46,655 bases of DNA from a virus. A program made the position numbers and the translations under genes. This document shows positions 44,053 through 46,655 of the stretch, piece by piece. How positions within the stretch are numbered: position 1 is the stretch's first letter; the number at the start of each line of letters is the position of its first letter. The stretch is from the IMG/VR virus record IMGVR_UViG_3300043389_000001, positions 1 through 46,655 of that record. The stretch is one strand, 5' to 3'. The notes beneath the pieces are model-generated. The model saw only the letters and a list, made by a program, of their open reading frames with translations. It was not told the origin of the DNA and did not search any database.

Positions 44053-44194
44053 CCCCGTGTGTCATGGCCATTCACTGCCGTGTCCGGTGGTCGGATGAGC
44101 ACCACTCAGCCAAAGTAACCCCCCGCCTCACCTGTTGTCACTACTTAGAATCAGGACTCGCTACGGGCGGTGATGTCTGGGTATGGTCGAGGGC

Positions 44195-44596
44195 ATGTCT
44201 GACCACGACCACCATCACGACCACGATGATGAAGACCACCGCCGTATCGCCGGCATCCTGTTCGGTGGCCTGTTCAACGGCGGCGACGAGGACTCCGACA
44301 CCCGCCGCCAGCGACGTGAACGTCACGCTGCCCAGAGCGATGACATGAAGAACCGTATGTTCGCGGCGCTGCGTTCAATGAACGCCGAGCAGCTCTTCAT
44401 GGTCCGGCACATCCTGATTACCGGCATGAACAATGCTCATGCGCTGCAGTGGTTCGACGGCATCATCAACGCCATCATGCAGGTACAGCACGGCGTCGAC
44501 CCCGACACCGGCAAGACCCCCGAGGAAATGCTGCTGGAGAACGCTGCCCCCGTGGACGTATCCGGCAGCACGGACAGCCCAGATGATCGTCCCTAG
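44195..44596 (+). CDS. Hypothetical protein with His/Asp-rich N-terminus
   Basis: TATGGT-N7-ATG; DHDHHHDHDDEDH. Confidence 0.65.
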   Translation: MSDHDHHHDHDDEDHRRIAGILFGGLFNGGDEDSDTRRQRRERHAAQSDDMKNRMFAALRSMNAEQLFMVRHILITGMNNAHALQWFDGIINAIMQVQHGVDPDTGKTPEEMLLENAAPVDVSGSTDSPDDRP

Positions 44597-44658
44597 CCCG
44601 AGCCGGTGAAGGTGTCGCAGGTGGCTGGACTGAGCATCCCCGAGGAGCAGGACCCGAC

Positions 44659-45024
44659 GTGAGCAGCTTGCAGCATGTGCGCCAGGTGGAGGCATCCGCG
44701 GAAGCGTGGCTGGCGGAGTTCGGTGAACGAATCCGTAGGCGCCGCGACGACTTAGGAATCAAGCAGACCGAGCTGGCCCGCCAGTTGGGCATCGCCCGCC
44801 CGACACTGGCGAACTTCGAGGCCGGCCGTCGTAGCCCCGATCTGATCATCGTCTTCTACGCCGCCCGCTACCTCGACACCACGGTCTCCACGCTGCTGGG
44901 CGAAGGTTCGCAACTGCGGGCACTGGACAGCGAGCGCGTGGTCGATGAGGCGGTAGACCTGGCACTGGGCGAATTCCGGATCGAGCTGAAGCGCACGCTA
45001 CGCCGGGGTGTTCAAGACACCTGA
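44659..45024 (+). CDS. XRE/Cro-CI HTH regulator (repressor candidate)
   Basis: FGERIRRRR..LGIKQTELARQLGIARPTLANFEAGRRSP; RBS AGGAG/AGGA. Confidence 0.88.
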   Translation: MSSLQHVRQVEASAEAWLAEFGERIRRRRDDLGIKQTELARQLGIARPTLANFEAGRRSPDLIIVFYAARYLDTTVSTLLGEGSQLRALDSERVVDEAVDLALGEFRIELKRTLRRGVQDT

Positions 45025-45104
45025 CGCAACCGCAGTGTTGGCGTGCACGCACTCCTCAGCCTTGTGGGTGCACGCGTTGAGGGCCGGTCGGCGAGAGGCC
45101 GGCA

Positions 45105-45142
45105 GGGGCCGGGCATCGTCGGGGTGATAGATGCCCGGCCCC
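45105..45142. terminator. 13-bp hairpin between convergent genes
   Basis: GGGGCCGGGCATC/GATGCCCGGCCCC. Confidence 0.6.
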
Positions 45143-45173
45143 GCTAACTACAGGCCCTTTCCCGCTCACTAGA

Positions 45174-46631
45174 TCACGGGAAGAGCCTGAGGTAGGCGTT
45201 CTTCGCCATGGGGTTACGGGCGAAGTCGTGCTTGAGGGTGTCGGGTGCGCCCTTGTCGTCGTAGGTGTTGTAGAACGCGTTGGTGTCCATGTAGCGGTCG
45301 ATGGTCTCGCGGACCTTGGCGATGTAGAAGGGGTTGTCGCCGCCGTAGGCATTGCCGTTGCCGTGGGTGGGGCCACCCTCGTCCCAGCTCCACTGAATGC
45401 CTTCGCGCGCAGCCAGTTCCGCAACAGATTTCACCGAGGGGTTCTTGTTCAGCTCGCCCTGCCACTGGGCGTCGTTGTAGGAGGGGCCCCACATGTCGTA
45501 CTGGTCGATGCCTACAACGTCGATGAACTCTGATCCGGCGAAAGCTTCGAGCCCGTTGGACGTCTGTCCGGGTCCCTTGTTCCAGCACTGGGAGTATCGG
45601 GCGTTGCCCATCCCGGCGGACCGGAAGTTCTTGACGAAGTTCTGCACTGATCTGCGGTACGCATCGACGCCTCCGGGTCGGTTGCACGACCACTTGTACC
45701 AGTTGCCGTTCATCTCCCAGCCGATGCGGAAGACGGCGTTGGGCACGTTGAATCCGGCGTTCAGCCAGTCCTTGGCCAGGTCGATCTGCTGGTTCTTGTA
45801 GGCATCGTTGGCGCCCCGGGAGTTCATCTGGTCGCCCTCGGACTCCGGCGCGACCGGCAGGGTGATGATGATGAGCCGGCCGGAGTCGAGCCAGTCCTTG
45901 TGCCCGGAGCCCCAGCGTCCCTTCAGGTCGCCCCAGGACTGGCGGGCGGTGAAGTACAGAAAGCCGTCGACCTTGACGCCCATGTCTTTCTCCCACTGGG
46001 CTGCAGCCTGGGGGGTGGTGCGAAAGACGGTGCGGTTGAACGGCAGTCCACTCTTGCCGGCCTTGGGTACGCCTCGCCCACGCACGGGTGCTGTGCCGCC
46101 GCCGGGGGTGGGGGTCGGCACGGCAGGGGTGGTGGGCCGGGTGGGCAGGGTGAAGACGGCCTTGGGTCCCTCGACCCACGTGTTGCCGTCCACGGAGTAG
46201 GCGACGTAGGTGGTGATCTGCCCGCTGGCGGTCTCCCACGTGGCCGAGAGGGTGTACTTCTGACCGGACTTCAGGGTGGTGCCCGGGGCGTGAGCCAGAT
46301 CCTTGGTGCCGGCGCCGCGCACGGCGAGCTGCAGGTAGGTGAACGTGACGTCCTTGGTGGCGGCCGGCTGCGCCCACAGGGAGAACGTGCCGTTCTTGCT
46401 GGCCACCACGACGGGGGCCTGGAGGACGACACCGTCAGGGGTGGTGACGGTGTCGGTGTCGGAGCCATTGGGGACACCCGTGGGACCGGATGATCCGGTG
46501 GGGCCCGATGATCCGGTGGGTCCGCTGGCGCCGGTGGGGCCGGTTGGACTGGTGGGGACAGCGGCCTTTGCCTCCAGCACGGAGACGCGGGCAGCAAGCG
46601 CGTCGAACTCTTTACGCGTTGGTGCGGCCAT
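45174..46631 (-). CDS. GH26-like glycoside hydrolase with collagen-like N-terminal stalk
   Basis: FRIGWEMNGNWYKW (acid/base), IDVVGIDQYD, WSWDEGG (nucleophile), GGDNPFYI; N-terminus has 8 Gly-X-Y triplets and no signal peptide. Confidence 0.82.
   Translation of the reverse strand: MAAPTRKEFDALAARVSVLEAKAAVPTSPTGPTGASGPTGSSGPTGSSGPTGVPNGSDTDTVTTPDGVVLQAPVVVASKNGTFSLWAQPAATKDVTFTYLQLAVRGAGTKDLAHAPGTTLKSGQKYTLSATWETASGQITTYVAYSVDGNTWVEGPKAVFTLPTRPTTPAVPTPTPGGGTAPVRGRGVPKAGKSGLPFNRTVFRTTPQAAAQWEKDMGVKVDGFLYFTARQSWGDLKGRWGSGHKDWLDSGRLIIITLPVAPESEGDQMNSRGANDAYKNQQIDLAKDWLNAGFNVPNAVFRIGWEMNGNWYKWSCNRPGGVDAYRRSVQNFVKNFRSAGMGNARYSQCWNKGPGQTSNGLEAFAGSEFIDVVGIDQYDMWGPSYNDAQWQGELNKNPSVKSVAELAAREGIQWSWDEGGPTHGNGNAYGGDNPFYIAKVRETIDRYMDTNAFYNTYDDKGAPDTLKHDFARNPMAKNAYLRLFP
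46470..46541 (-). repeat. 18-bp degenerate tandem repeat encoding (GPT-GxS)n
   Basis: GATGATCCGGTGGG recurs at 18-bp spacing; protein GPTGASGPTGSSGPTGSSGPTGVP. Confidence 0.8.
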
Positions 46632-46655
46632 GCAGTGGCATCGACACCGGTTTCG

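Overview
High-GC, gene-dense segment of what reads as a temperate actinobacterial phage genome. No capsid, terminase or tail-tube genes are recognisable in this window, so another integrative element cannot be excluded. 1-12.8 kb (+ strand) is a replication/recombination module: Cas4-like exonuclease, two C5 DNA methyltransferases, AAA_24 ATPase, SSB-like protein, primase-helicase, WhiB, HNH and class II ribonucleotide reductase. 13.2-18.8 kb (- strand) holds an Lsr2 gene followed by a two-gene glycan cassette: a 1284-aa fusion of a cellulose-synthase-like GT2, an acyltransferase-3 domain and an SGNH domain, translationally coupled to a Tat-exported GH26 hydrolase. Around 22-24 kb lie tRNA-Arg(UCU), a large serine integrase and a symmetric attP-like site with a central TT. 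24-45 kb is a mosaic of small accessory genes: an XRE-DUF5753/DUF397 pair, an SMR-like protein, secreted proteins, many Cys-rich mini-proteins, tRNA-Arg(ACG) and a non-canonical tRNA-like RNA. The window ends with a second GH26 carried on a collagen-like stalk. The best candidate for an undescribed system is a phage-encoded 'make, O-acetylate and trim' surface beta-glycan pathway, possibly paired with a virion-type GH26. Several structured non-coding elements also merit follow-up. All assignments come from reading motifs by eye; no database searches were run.
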